DNA of 63,819 nt, filler included, from Octopus bimaculoides (Eukaryota): NCBI RefSeq assembly GCF_001194135.2. It is 6 parts of 3 records of this genome, joined end to end, with 100 filler letters (N's around TTAATTAATTAA, not from the genome) between each part and the next. Parts side by side here need not be neighbours in the genome. Positions count along the whole stretch, not along the records: positions 19,071 to 30,761 come from NC_068993.1; positions 30,862 to 53,661 come from NC_068993.1; 4 more parts are not named here. One strand, 5' to 3'. Below the pieces are notes generated by a model. It was not told the origin of the DNA. It saw only the letters and a list, made by a program, of their open reading frames with translations, and did not search any database. Position numbers and translations under genes: made by a program. Positions 25,878-37,052 of this stretch are shown piece by piece (the first letter of the stretch is position 1; every line of letters begins with the position of its first letter).

Positions 25878-26542
25878 NNNNNNNNNNNNNNNNNNNNNNN
25901 NNNNNNNNNNNNNNNNNNNNNNNNNNNNNNNNNNNNNNNNNNNNNNNNNNNNNNNNNNNNNNNNNNNNNNNNNNNNNNNNNNNNNNNNNNNNNNNNNNNN
26001 NNNNNNNNNNNNNNNNNNNNNNNNNNNNNNNNNNNNNNNNNNNNNNNNNNNNNNNNNNNNNNNNNNNNNNNNNNNNNNNNNNNNNNNNNNNNNNNNNNNN
26101 NNNNNNNNNNNNNNNNNNNNNNNNNNNNNNNNNNNNNNNNNNNNNNNNNNNNNNNNNNNNNNNNNNNNNNNNNNNNNNNNNNNNNNNNNNNNNNNNNNNN
26201 NNNNNNNNNNNNNNNNNNNNNNNNNNNNNNNNNNNNNNNNNNNNNNNNNNNNNNNNNNNNNNNNNNNNNNNNNNNNNNNNNNNNNNNNNNNNNNNNNNNN
26301 NNNNNNNNNNNNNNNNNNNNNNNNNNNNNNNNNNNNNNNNNNNNNNNNNNNNNNNNNNNNNNNNNNNNNNNNNNNNNNNNNNNNNNNNNNNNNNNNNNNN
26401 NNNNNNNNNNNNNNNNNNNNNNNNNNNNNNNNNNNNNNNNNNNNNNNNNNNNNNNNNNNNNNNNNNNNNNNNNNNNNNNNNNNNNNNNNNNNNNNNNNNN
26501 NNNNNNNNNNNNNNNNNNNNNNNNNNNNNNNNNNNNNNNNNN

Positions 26543-26587
<45 letters not shown>

Positions 26588-28246
26588 CATACTCGTAGAA
26601 ACACACGTGGACACATACACCACACACACATAAGCATATTTTGTTATGTGCATCAGAAATAATATTAGTTTAAAATATCAATGTATGTGTCATTTAACTT
26701 AAAGCAAACACATCACGAAAACCCCAATTAATTATGGTATCTATCCTGAAATAGTAACTTTCATAAACTAAAGAAACACAGAACAATGTATCAGAGTCAG
26801 AAAAAATCGTTAACCTGCGATGGTGGTATTGCTAAATGCGTATTTCTTCCCCTCTGGATTTCATCATCCAAATAGTAAAATGATATCTACCATCACTGAT
26901 ATAATAAAACGCTCGGTGAAAAAACACTGGTGTTGCAATTAACCAGCCGAGTGCATTTAAAAAGGCTATGCACAATAGAGCCAGTTTGAATTTAAAATAG
27001 CAATCTGCGTATCATACTTTAAGCAAATGGTATCTCATATAGACATTAAAAACCAAAAAAACAAAAGCAAAAAAAAACAAAAACAAAACCCCAAAAAAGA
27101 AAACAGAAACACATCTCTAATAGAGGAAAGCGTATAGCAGCAGTTCTGGTAGTCAAATGCCATTTCTACCATGTTTATTTGTTTGTGGATAAATCTCTCT
27201 CTCTCCCTCTCTCTCTCTTTCTGTTAGTGCGTGTATTATCCATATCACGTCCTCACTTTGTTGTTTTTTTGTTTTTTTGTTATTGTTTTTTTGAACTATA
27301 TATATATATATATACATATATATATCCTCACACCTGTACTCCGCTTGCCTGTGTATCTTCACCACACACACTATTACGTATGCAAACACCTACACACCGT
27401 ATTGCTCAGTACCTACAACATATATCACTATGCAAGCATCCACAAACATTCACACGCACAGGCATACGCACTCAGACACTCCTTGCCACTCCAAACACAC
27501 CTCTCAGCCCCTAATTCAGGTGACCCTTATCCCACTTCGCATCTCCATGTACAAACAATACGTACGTCCTCTGTAGTGTCACGTACACACGCACACATTT
27601 GATAGCCTCACACACATTATACACAGCATCACACACATACTATTCACAGTTTCTCACACTCCCACACATATACACACATCCACATCCACACACACACACA
27701 CGCACGCAAACACACACGCGCACATATTCAGACAAATACATGGAACACACAACACTCCTCACAGCGCACGTACTTCTTTACTTATACAGATGCACACACA
27801 GGCTCCCATGCACACAAAGAGGCTCATATAATATTACGCTCGCCGATATATACATACACACGTGCTAACTCCACTCCAACCACATACTCTCATACACATT
27901 ATTCTCACACTCACGCTGGTGCAATGCATTTCACCCGGGCCACTGTTATCTCCCCTTCCAACAGTTTCTCTCTTCCAGTCATTTCAAAAGGAAAAACCGT
28001 TATTTCCGACACATTTGTTTTCTCTCTCCATTTTTTTGTTACTATTTCATTTTGATAAACATTAAAGTCTACTTTGAAATTTGTTATGACAATATGTTGT
28101 TATGTCTGATATTTTATGTACTTTAGACAAATATCCTCAACTTACAGTGCCGTAAAGTTTCTTTAAAATGTAGAGAGGTAACAGCAATCTTTTTTTATTG
28201 TGTAGTACATAAGGAATTGTCCATGAAGATAGGAGTGGCAAATCAG

Positions 28247-28324
<78 letters not shown>

Positions 28325-28782
28325 NNNNNNNNNNNNNNNNNNNNNNNNNNNNNNNNNNNNNNNNNNNNNNNNNNNNNNNNNNNNNNNNNNNNNNNNNNNN
28401 NNNNNNNNNNNNNNNNNNNNNNNNNNNNNNNNNNNNNNNNNNNNNNNNNNNNNNNNNNNNNNNNNNNNNNNNNNNNNNNNNNNNNNNNNNNNNNNNNNNN
28501 NNNNNNNNNNNNNNNNNNNNNNNNNNNNNNNNNNNNNNNNNNNNNNNNNNNNNNNNNNNNNNNNNNNNNNNNNNNNNNNNNNNNNNNNNNNNNNNNNNNN
28601 NNNNNNNNNNNNNNNNNNNNNNNNNNNNNNNNNNNNNNNNNNNNNNNNNNTATATATATATACCACCGTCTTTACTCTGTCGCTTTTCAAGCCTTTTTTT
28701 AAAGAGGCCGTTGAATTTCCTCACACACGCACACACGTAGATATACACACATATACATTTATTCAATACTCATCTGCAAAAA

Positions 28783-28950
28783 GGTGGCGAGATGGGAGAA
28801 ACATTAGCGCACCGGGCAAAATGCTTAGCGGTATTTCGCCTGTATTTACGTTCAGAGTTCAAATTCCACCTGTGTAGACTTTGCCTTTCGAGGTCGTTAA
28901 ATTAAGTACCAGTTGCATACTGGTGTCGACCTAATCGACTGGACCCCTCC
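28783..28950 (+). mobile_element. Family A SINE
   Basis: GGTGGCGAG...GGGCAAAATGCTTAGCGGTATTTCG...GAGTTCAAATTCCAC...AATTAAGTACCAGTTGCATACTGG. Confidence 0.78.
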
Positions 28951-30262
28951 GTAATTGTTTTTGAATAAATTTATTTAAATATATACCAAACTAGTTTCAA
29001 AAATATCTTTTGATTATTAATGGTAAAAAATTAAAATTATTAATCAGAAAAACATGTTTAAAATACAAGTTTTAGTAATATGAAATATTAGTTAAATGTT
29101 CATAACATTCAATACTATAAATATCATCTTCTTTAAATGCACAAAATCCAATAGTGTTACGCTGTTACAAGAGAAATTCCCTGTATAGGACGGAAAGAGA
29201 ATCACAAAAACTGTCAGCAAATCCCTTCTTTTACTATCTTCATTTCTCCCATGTTTATCTTTCTCTTAACCTCAGTATGACCGAAACTTTGATTATCCAC
29301 ATTTCTTATCGATCACTACTAACACTATTGAATTTTGCGCATTTAATCAAGATGATCCACATTTTTTTAATATTATTGAATGTTATGAACATTTAAATAA
29401 TATTTCATATTACTGAAACTTGTAAACATTGAAACGTTTAAACATGTCTTTCTCATTCATAATTTAAAATTTTTACCATTCATAAACAAAAAATATTGTT
29501 GAAATTGGTTTGGTATGTATGTAAATAAATTTATTCAAAAACAATTACAAGTTTTTCAAATTAAGCTGGATTTTCAACAACAAATTTGCCTACATTTTTT
29601 CCGGCGTTGAAATACAATTCCTCTTTTGTTATATATATGTGTGCGTGTGTGCGTGCGCGCGCGCGTGTGTGTGTGTGTGTGTGTTTGGGACCAATGCGTA
29701 TGTACATGTTTTCATGTGTATTGATACTAAAGCAGAGCGAAGTGTGGATGAGAGGGAATCCGGAAGGATGGTTTCAGAGTGATGCGATGTAATTCCACTA
29801 TAATTAATCGATAGATTTATTTTCTCTCATCCGACTATCTCCTGATACGATATTTGACTGCTTATATATTAATCGGAAACATATGGGACACATTTCTACT
29901 TAACAAGTTGGACGCGACGCTAACAGAATAATGCTAAGCTGATTACTTTCACTTTAATTATTAATGATAATAAATTTCTTTCATTTGATGTTAAGATCAG
30001 ATTTCTAAACTTCACTATCTACTGTACTGCTTGAGAATGCCTGGTGGAGTGGAAATGTTAGCTGAGTAAATGATGACGTAAATAAACCTTTGTATCTGTA
30101 GATCGAATAGAATGACTGACGTGTAAGATATTCCTACTACATTCAAGTCAACTAGGCCGCTACGCCCGTGTTGCAAATTTCACAAAAGAGACATTTTTGT
30201 TTCTTATAATTGCTGGATTTCAAAGAACGGGATGTGCTCGTGGCATTTGCTTTCCCTCCGAT

Positions 30263-30480
30263 TCCTTTTTACTTATTTCAGCCACCAGACTATGACCATT
30301 CTAGGGCACCGCCTTGAAGAATTTTTAGTTGAATGAATGGACCTCCATTTTTTTAAAGTCTGATACTTATACTATCGGTTTCTTTTGCTGGGTTGCTTCA
30401 TCACAGGTACGTATAACCGCCAACACCAGTTGTCAAGCGGTTGATGGGGATAAACATAGACATAAAGGCACACACACACA
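30263..30480 (-). mobile_element. Family B SINE, 3' half (interrupted by the mariner MITE)
   Basis: GCACCGCCTTGAAG...TGTCAAGCGG...GGGATAAACATAGAC. Confidence 0.65.
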
Positions 30481-30504
30481 CACAAACACACAGACACACA
30501 CACA

Positions 30505-30723
30505 GACGTGGGGTGCTGAAAAGTTTCTAGTCTTAAGGGTATCGCGAAAGCCCTGGTCGGAGACCAAAACTTCCGAGTTCTTTCATAGGGCTTAAAACAT
30601 TGGAGGATCGCTGCAATAGATACGCGAATCTGAGAGGTGTTTATATTAAATAAAATCACGATTAACTGATCCTCCTGTATTTTCTTTTGTCTAAAGCCAG
30701 GAAATTTTTACGACCTCATCGTA
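30505..30723 (+). mobile_element. Mariner-derived MITE (~220 bp)
   Basis: Degenerate TIRs ACGTGGGGTGCTGAAAAGTTTCTAG / CCAGGAAATTTTTACGACCTCATCGTA. The interior encodes LEDRCNRYANLRGVYIK*, resembling the mariner transposase C-terminus. Confidence 0.7.
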
Positions 30724-30861
30724 CACACACACACACACAAACACAAACACACACACACACANNNNNNNNNNNNNNNNNNNNNNNNNNNNNNNNNNNNNNN
30801 NNNNNTTAATTAATTAANNNNNNNNNNNNNNNNNNNNNNNNNNNNNNNNNNNNNNNNNNNN

Positions 30862-31105
30862 AACGTTGTAAAGTTTTGTTAGCAGTTCATGGCTCTCTGG
30901 GAAGGCATTCAACCAGAAGTTAGGAATTTTATCCTTTCCTGGAGACTTCCATTTGCTTGACCTCCTGAGAGCAGATCTTATATCTTCTACCTTAACCCCC
31001 TCCCACTTTTTCTCCTCTAAGGAGTCTAGGTCTGTAGATATTCTATCAATCCAAGGGGCCTTTTCATTGTGTGTTTTATCTTTTGCCCAGATTTTATTCT
31101 AATTC
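30862..31105 (-). mobile_element. R4/Dong-like RT N-terminal fragment, cut by a gap
   Basis: Translates as NKIWAKDKTHNEKAPWIDRI...SKWKSPGKDKIPNFWLNAF...HELL. Confidence 0.75.
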
Positions 31106-31106
31106 C

Positions 31107-31107
<1 letters not shown>

Positions 31108-31196
<89 letters not shown>
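31108..31196. repeat. (ATT)n microsatellite
   Basis: Direct reading. Confidence 0.95.
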
Positions 31197-31197
<1 letters not shown>

Positions 31198-31733
31198 CTT
31201 ATATATTCTCGCGTCCTTTATCTAAGCTTTTTCGTCACACATCCTGTGATCTTTTCAGCGATTCTTTGTCCAACATGTTTCCTGTTGCTCAGTTCTGTTG
31301 TAGTACTAAACAAAACACATCCGAAATTTTTCAGCAAATACGAACATATGGTCAAATTTCTTTTGCCGAACCGGGGTACACCACCTTCTTTGGATTGACA
31401 GCTGTCTCACAGATTTTGGACCCTCTCTCCGTTGAATTATTCGACAACAACTACTTTTTACAGTCGAAGGGTACGTAACCCAAGTCTTTTTCTTTTCTTG
31501 TTCTTTTTCCATTTTTATTCACCTTCCCACATTTTACATCACACTTCTTCCTGTTTTTCTTCTCGTGAGTTCTCATGTACCTGTGAACTGATTCCCAAAG
31601 AGAACAGCCCAAGACTTAGAGCCTTGAGATTGTTTTGAGATACAAGGCGTGTTATAAAGCCCTGCCAAGACACGCGTTTCTACGGCAAGAAACTATTAGT
31701 AGCTCGTGTGTTTATATTATGTACATTAAATGA

Positions 31734-31771
<38 letters not shown>

Positions 31772-32259
31772 TGTGTGTGTGTGTGTGCGCGCGAGCTTGT
31801 ATGTTTATGCATGTATACCTACACGCATATGTCTATGAATATGTATGAAAATATAACTCGTACAAATTTTTAATAGGAAAATATACTGACGAGGCGAAAA
31901 TATTTAACAAATGACTGGAAAATAATTCCGAAGGTGAGAGTAATAAAATCAAAAGATACTATTAAAACAGATCAATATTCCTCAAGAATATCGAATTCAT
32001 CTTAATATTATTAAAGTTGATTCAGAAATGATGAGTTAACACAATTAGTAAAATGGTGGAGACATTCTGCCGCGTTTCTGAGCTGAATTTCTTTCAGGGA
32101 CGACATTGCTTTTCACTATTCCAAGAACGATAAAACAAATATCTGCGAAATACTGGAATTGATTTATACGACTGTGATTTTATTCAAACACCTTGAGTCT
32201 ATGGTAGAAATGGAAATGATTTAAAATTTTTCTCAAATAAGAAAAAGATTTAGACTCAC

Positions 32260-33124
32260 CTAGCATTTTGACGACAGCTTTTCTGGCCTGACTCTGCCTG
32301 TCACCTGGGAAGCATGTTGGATAGCCTTTTCTATTAGCAGAACGATCCGAAAGAGATCTCTGCAGTGTTGACCTCCGAATAGCCAGAGCAATACAAACAT
32401 ACATAACGCTAATAATGGTCATTGGTAGAATGAAAAACAAAAACGCTGAAATACCAAAAAGTGGACTGGAATGGTCAATTTGTTTCAGCGTACATTGAGC
32501 CGATTCTTTAATGGATTTATTTTTCTCATCTTTTACGTAGACAATACCAAATTGAACTGTTAGCGGTATTGCGAGTAATCCAGAGAGAAACCAAATCGCC
32601 ACCAATATTTTAGTAACGCGAGTTAAATTTGATATAGACGGCGCCTTTGTCGGGTGACAAAATGCCATGTATCTTTCAATTGTGAACGCTGTTATCGTCA
32701 GAACAGATGCGCATGTTGTTGTTTCAGATGCCATGTTTCGGAGGTAGCAAAACACCTCCCCGAAAATCCAAGGGTAAGCTGACCAAAATGTATAAATCTC
32801 GAAAGGAAGGCCGAGAATGAGAACAAGTAAATCGGCAACCGCCAAATTGAACAAGTAAATATTTGTTGTAGTTCGCATATATTTTGCTTTAGCAATAACA
32901 ATACAAGTACACACATTCCCTATAATTCCAGTGAAAAATATTATACTGTAGACAATGGTCATGGGAATAACCTTAGTTAATTCCTCTCGTTTCGGACCAA
33001 GTTTTATGTGATTAAGATCAGGCTGCAGAGAATCCTCCCAGGAAATATGCATTCCTTGTAACAGTTTATCAATTAGAACGGAATCATTTAATTTCGCTAT
33101 TAATTGTTTGAAATCATTATCCAT
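32260..33124 (-). CDS. First coding exon (N-terminus, TM1-TM5, ICL3) of a class A neuropeptide GPCR, PRXamide group (capa/pyrokinin/neuromedin-U receptor-like)
   Basis: The translation shows LGPKR before TM1, GN in TM1, NLAVAD in TM2, YPWIFG..FC in ECL1, ASVLTITAFTIERY in TM3, the TM4 Trp, FFILP in TM5 and RKAVVKML at the start of TM6. The start context is caccATGG. The exon ends ATG CTA G|GTGAGT (phase 1 donor, intron starts at 32259), so the last 26 aa of the track ORF 32180..33124 are intronic read-through. Confidence 0.93.
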
Positions 33125-33207
33125 GGTGATATATGTAGTTTAGTTCCTTAATTATTTACGGTACAATTTATAAGAGTTAAGAAACTTATTGCGGTTAACT
33201 CTGCGAC

Positions 33208-33276
<69 letters not shown>

Positions 33277-33300
33277 CCTACCTATCTATCTATCTATCTA
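33208..33300. repeat. (TATC)n microsatellite ~85 bp upstream of the GPCR ATG
   Basis: Direct reading. Confidence 0.95.
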
Positions 33301-33844
33301 CATGTGCATGCGTATGTGTTTATTTACAAGGTTTCTGAGTTCATTTGATTTTTTTCCAATAAGAGGCTTCCATTCCGTTACTCGTTTCACATGGTGCTAC
33401 GATATCTGAAAATAATTGAAGAAAAAAGATAATATTAATGAAATCATGACAGTACAAACATATATTTAACTGACGACACACACCCTTCACATATTCCTGT
33501 ACTTTGAATTCGTTTTAACTCATATATATCACTACTGTATTAGCAAAAAAAAAAAGAACTTTGTCCCCTTCCTATTCCTGTTAATTAGATTTGAACACAA
33601 AACTAAGAGTCATTGAATTACCCATAAAATTTTAGACATGTATTGCGAGGAAAAAATGTTTTTTTTAAAAAATGGTTGCTGCGTTAATAAAGTGAATTGT
33701 TTTAATACATGAATCTAAGTTGCCTCCCCTTGTATCACTCATAAATTCTTCTAGTGGTTTTATTCATAGCTTAATGTCTATAGTAAATCTGCGTCAGATT
33801 ATATAGAATTTCATCGAGGTTACGTTTCTTTGTTCAAATATAAC

Positions 33845-34779
33845 TGTAGGGAGCTCGCATGGCCCTGTCTGAGATTTGAAACCAAATCTACCCACTTGTT
33901 GCTTGTCAAAACAAGCGGGAAATCCTCTCCACACCAGATGAACGATGAGGAAACATTTGAACCGCAAGGACCTGTGCTGGTCAAAGAAATGTCAGTCCTT
34001 TGTTTAGGGTTTGACCTACATTACTGACCATAGTCTATGTAACAGAGATCATTTCCTATCTCTTCCTCTTTTGTGTCAGCCAGATCAAGGAGCAACACCC
34101 TCTTTTGCATCTGCAATGACCAAGAGCAGCACTTACCTTCGCCCTTCGCTCGGCATACGAAGAGAATCTTTCGGCCGCAAGAAAGACGATGCCACCTTTA
34201 TTTTTTCTTCCTTTCTAGTCAGCACCGTTCATTCCTTACTCTTTCACTCTCTACTGACAGCAACTTCTACACTGTCAGCTACTAACCAGCGAGCCAACCA
34301 TTTTGTCACTATCACTAAAATTACTACTGGCTCTCTAACTACCTGTCGGGGAAACGAATAAATACATGTAAATAATATTTCTTCCTTCTTGGTGTCGATT
34401 CTTCGATGTTTACTATTTACTCCGACACGAGATCCTTCAAGCGCTACATTTGGTAGTGGGTTACATCATATCGACCTGATATGGCATGTCACTTCAGCCG
34501 CAACAATTGCTTGGACATGGCTGACGCAAAAGAGGATGTTGCTCCTTGGTCTGGCTGACACAAGAGAGAAAGAGATAGGAAATGCTCTTTATTATATAGA
34601 CTATGGTCAGTAATATAGGTCAAACGCTAAACAAAGAACTGACCTTTTTTTGACCAGCACAGGTCCTTGGCGGTCAAGTGTTTCCTCATCAATCCACCTG
34701 GTGTGGGGTGGATTTTGACAAGCAGCAAGCGGATAGATTTAGATTCAAACCTTAGGCAGCGCCAAGCGAGGTCCCTACA
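33845..34779. mobile_element. Non-autonomous element with ~275-bp inverted arms, TGTAG...CTACA termini and TAAC TSD (Ginger-like ends; left part LTR-like)
   Basis: Arm 33845-~34124 is the reverse complement of ~34510-34779 (56/67 identical over the outer 67 bp by hand count). TAAC occurs at 33841-33844 and 34780-34783. Confidence 0.8.
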
Positions 34780-35802
34780 TAACTAAACATATTTCTCTCC
34801 CGTCTCAGCGAAGTGTTCATGACATCATCTCGGATAAATATGGATAAATTGACACGTTACCATCGGGAAAAGCTGAACTACGCATAAAATGTGTGTGTAT
34901 GTACGTTTGTGTGTGCGTGTGCGTGCGTGTGTGTCGTGTGTGTGTATGCAGCAAATATAGCCAAGTTGTATGAAGATCATGACAAAAGCTTATACAGACA
35001 GAAGAACATATTTAAAGATGCCATGTTATCATTTGAAATAATCTTACGCATGATATAATGACCACAAGGCTAGAGTTGTTTGGATTAATGACAATGTTTA
35101 GTTGCTATTTCATTGTTATGAATTGCTAGCAAGGATACTGCGTTTCGTTTTGCAACAACTACAGGTCTACAAGTAAATTTTGTGTCTTACTTTGTGTTTA
35201 CAGTGCAATTTTCTCACCTTTTTTATAGTTTGTCTACATTTTTTATAGAATTTAGAGCTGGCACTACAAATAACGAACTTCATAAACGAATATATTTATG
35301 CAAAGAATGTGATCAAAGATATAAAAATAGGTAATGGGTGGACTGTATATACATGCTTCAAGTGTTATTACTCTTTCATCAACATCACATCCAACACGTC
35401 AACTATCCACGAACACATTGCTTAAATACTCACTAAGTTTAGCGGTGTAACACAATTGGATAGACCAATTTCCATATTAGGCAAATTTTTGGCAACTGGC
35501 ACGTACATATTAAATGAATAAAGATAGTGGCATAATTCTAGATGTAAGTTGCCTGGGTGATAATACTGGTTGCGTTATGATTCCTATGGTTTCGTAGGCG
35601 TCTATAAAATAAGAAATTTATATAATAGAATTTATATTATAAGAACTTATTAATATCTTGTATGGTTATATTCAGATAGAATTTATACTGATAGATATTC
35701 TGCAAACATCATGATTATATTATAAACTTGTACTGGTTTACGTTGACAGTTAGTGATTATTTTCATTTCAAAAGTACACTTAATTTGCCTCGTAGTGTTC
35801 AC

Positions 35803-35862
<60 letters not shown>

Positions 35863-36441
35863 NNNNNNNNNNNNNNNNNNNNNNNNNNNNNNNNNNNNNN
35901 NNNNNNNNNNNNNNNNNNNNNNNNNNNNNNNNNNNNNNNNNNNNNNNNNNNNNNNNNNNNNNNNNNNNNNNNNNNNNNNNNNNNNNNNNNNNNNNNNNNN
36001 NNNNNNNNNNNNNNNNNNNNNNNNNNNNNNNNNNNNNNNNNNNNNNNNNNNNNNNNNNNNNNNNNNNNNNNNNNNNNNNNNNNNNNNNNNNNNNNNNNNN
36101 NNNNNNNNNNNNNNNNNNNNNNNNNNNNNNNNNNNNNNNNNNNNNNNNNNNNNNNNNNNNNNNNNNNNNNNNNNNNNNNNNNNNNNNNNNNNNNNNNNNN
36201 NNNNNNNNNNNNNNNNNNNNNNNNNNNNNNNNNNNNNNNNNNNNNNNNNNNNNNNNNNNNNNNNNNNNNNNNNNNNNNNNNNNNNNNNNNNNNNNNNNNN
36301 NNNNNNNNNNNNNNNNNNNNNNNNNNNNNNNNNNNNNNNNNNNNNNNNNNNNNNNNNNNNNNNNNNNNNNNNNNNNNNNNNNNNNNNNNNNNNNNNNNNN
36401 NNNNNNNNNNNNNNNNNNNNNNNNNNNNNNNNNNNNNNNNN

Positions 36442-36477
<36 letters not shown>

Positions 36478-36854
36478 TTCTTTCGCACGTTAAGAAGTTA
36501 TACAGTTAATGCTACAATGTGAAATTCTATTCCTTGTTTCAAGGCCCACGAGTTTCTATGAAATTTGTTCACAGGCTCATGGGAGGCCGTAAAACTTATA
36601 AAATACAAAAATACGGAAATACACATGTGGTTTAATGTAGCTCGACATCAATCGAAGTTCATGATACGAATACATCTCTATGACAGGTAGTTATCGTCTC
36701 TTCCATTGTGAGTCTGACTGTTTGTAGATGTTTATAATTGAAAATCGAACCGAATATAGCAAATGAGATACAACTTGAATATTTTTCTTTTACATTAGGA
36801 ATATTAAGTTGTATTTTAAAATAGCTGAATTATGGCGTATTATTCCTGCAGAAA

Positions 36855-37052
36855 AGTATTGGCCAGCAATTTCAGAGCAGAGGCTAAGTCAATTACATCG
36901 ACTCCAGTGCTGAACTGGTACTTCTTTTATCAACCTCGAAAGGAAGAACGGCAAAGTCGATTTTGGCGGCATTTGAACTCAGAAGGTAAAGACGGACGGA
37001 ATAACGCTAACCTTTTTGCCCGGCGTGCTAACGATTCTGCTAGCTCGCCCCT
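36855..37052 (-). mobile_element. Family A SINE
   Basis: GGCAAAGTCGA...ATTTGAACTCAGA...GGCGTGCTAACGATTCTGCTAGCTCGCC. Confidence 0.75.

Noticed and set aside
32180-32259. C-terminal 26 aa of the 314-aa track ORF
   Set aside because: Lies after a GTGAGT donor at the position where TM6 should continue; intronic read-through.
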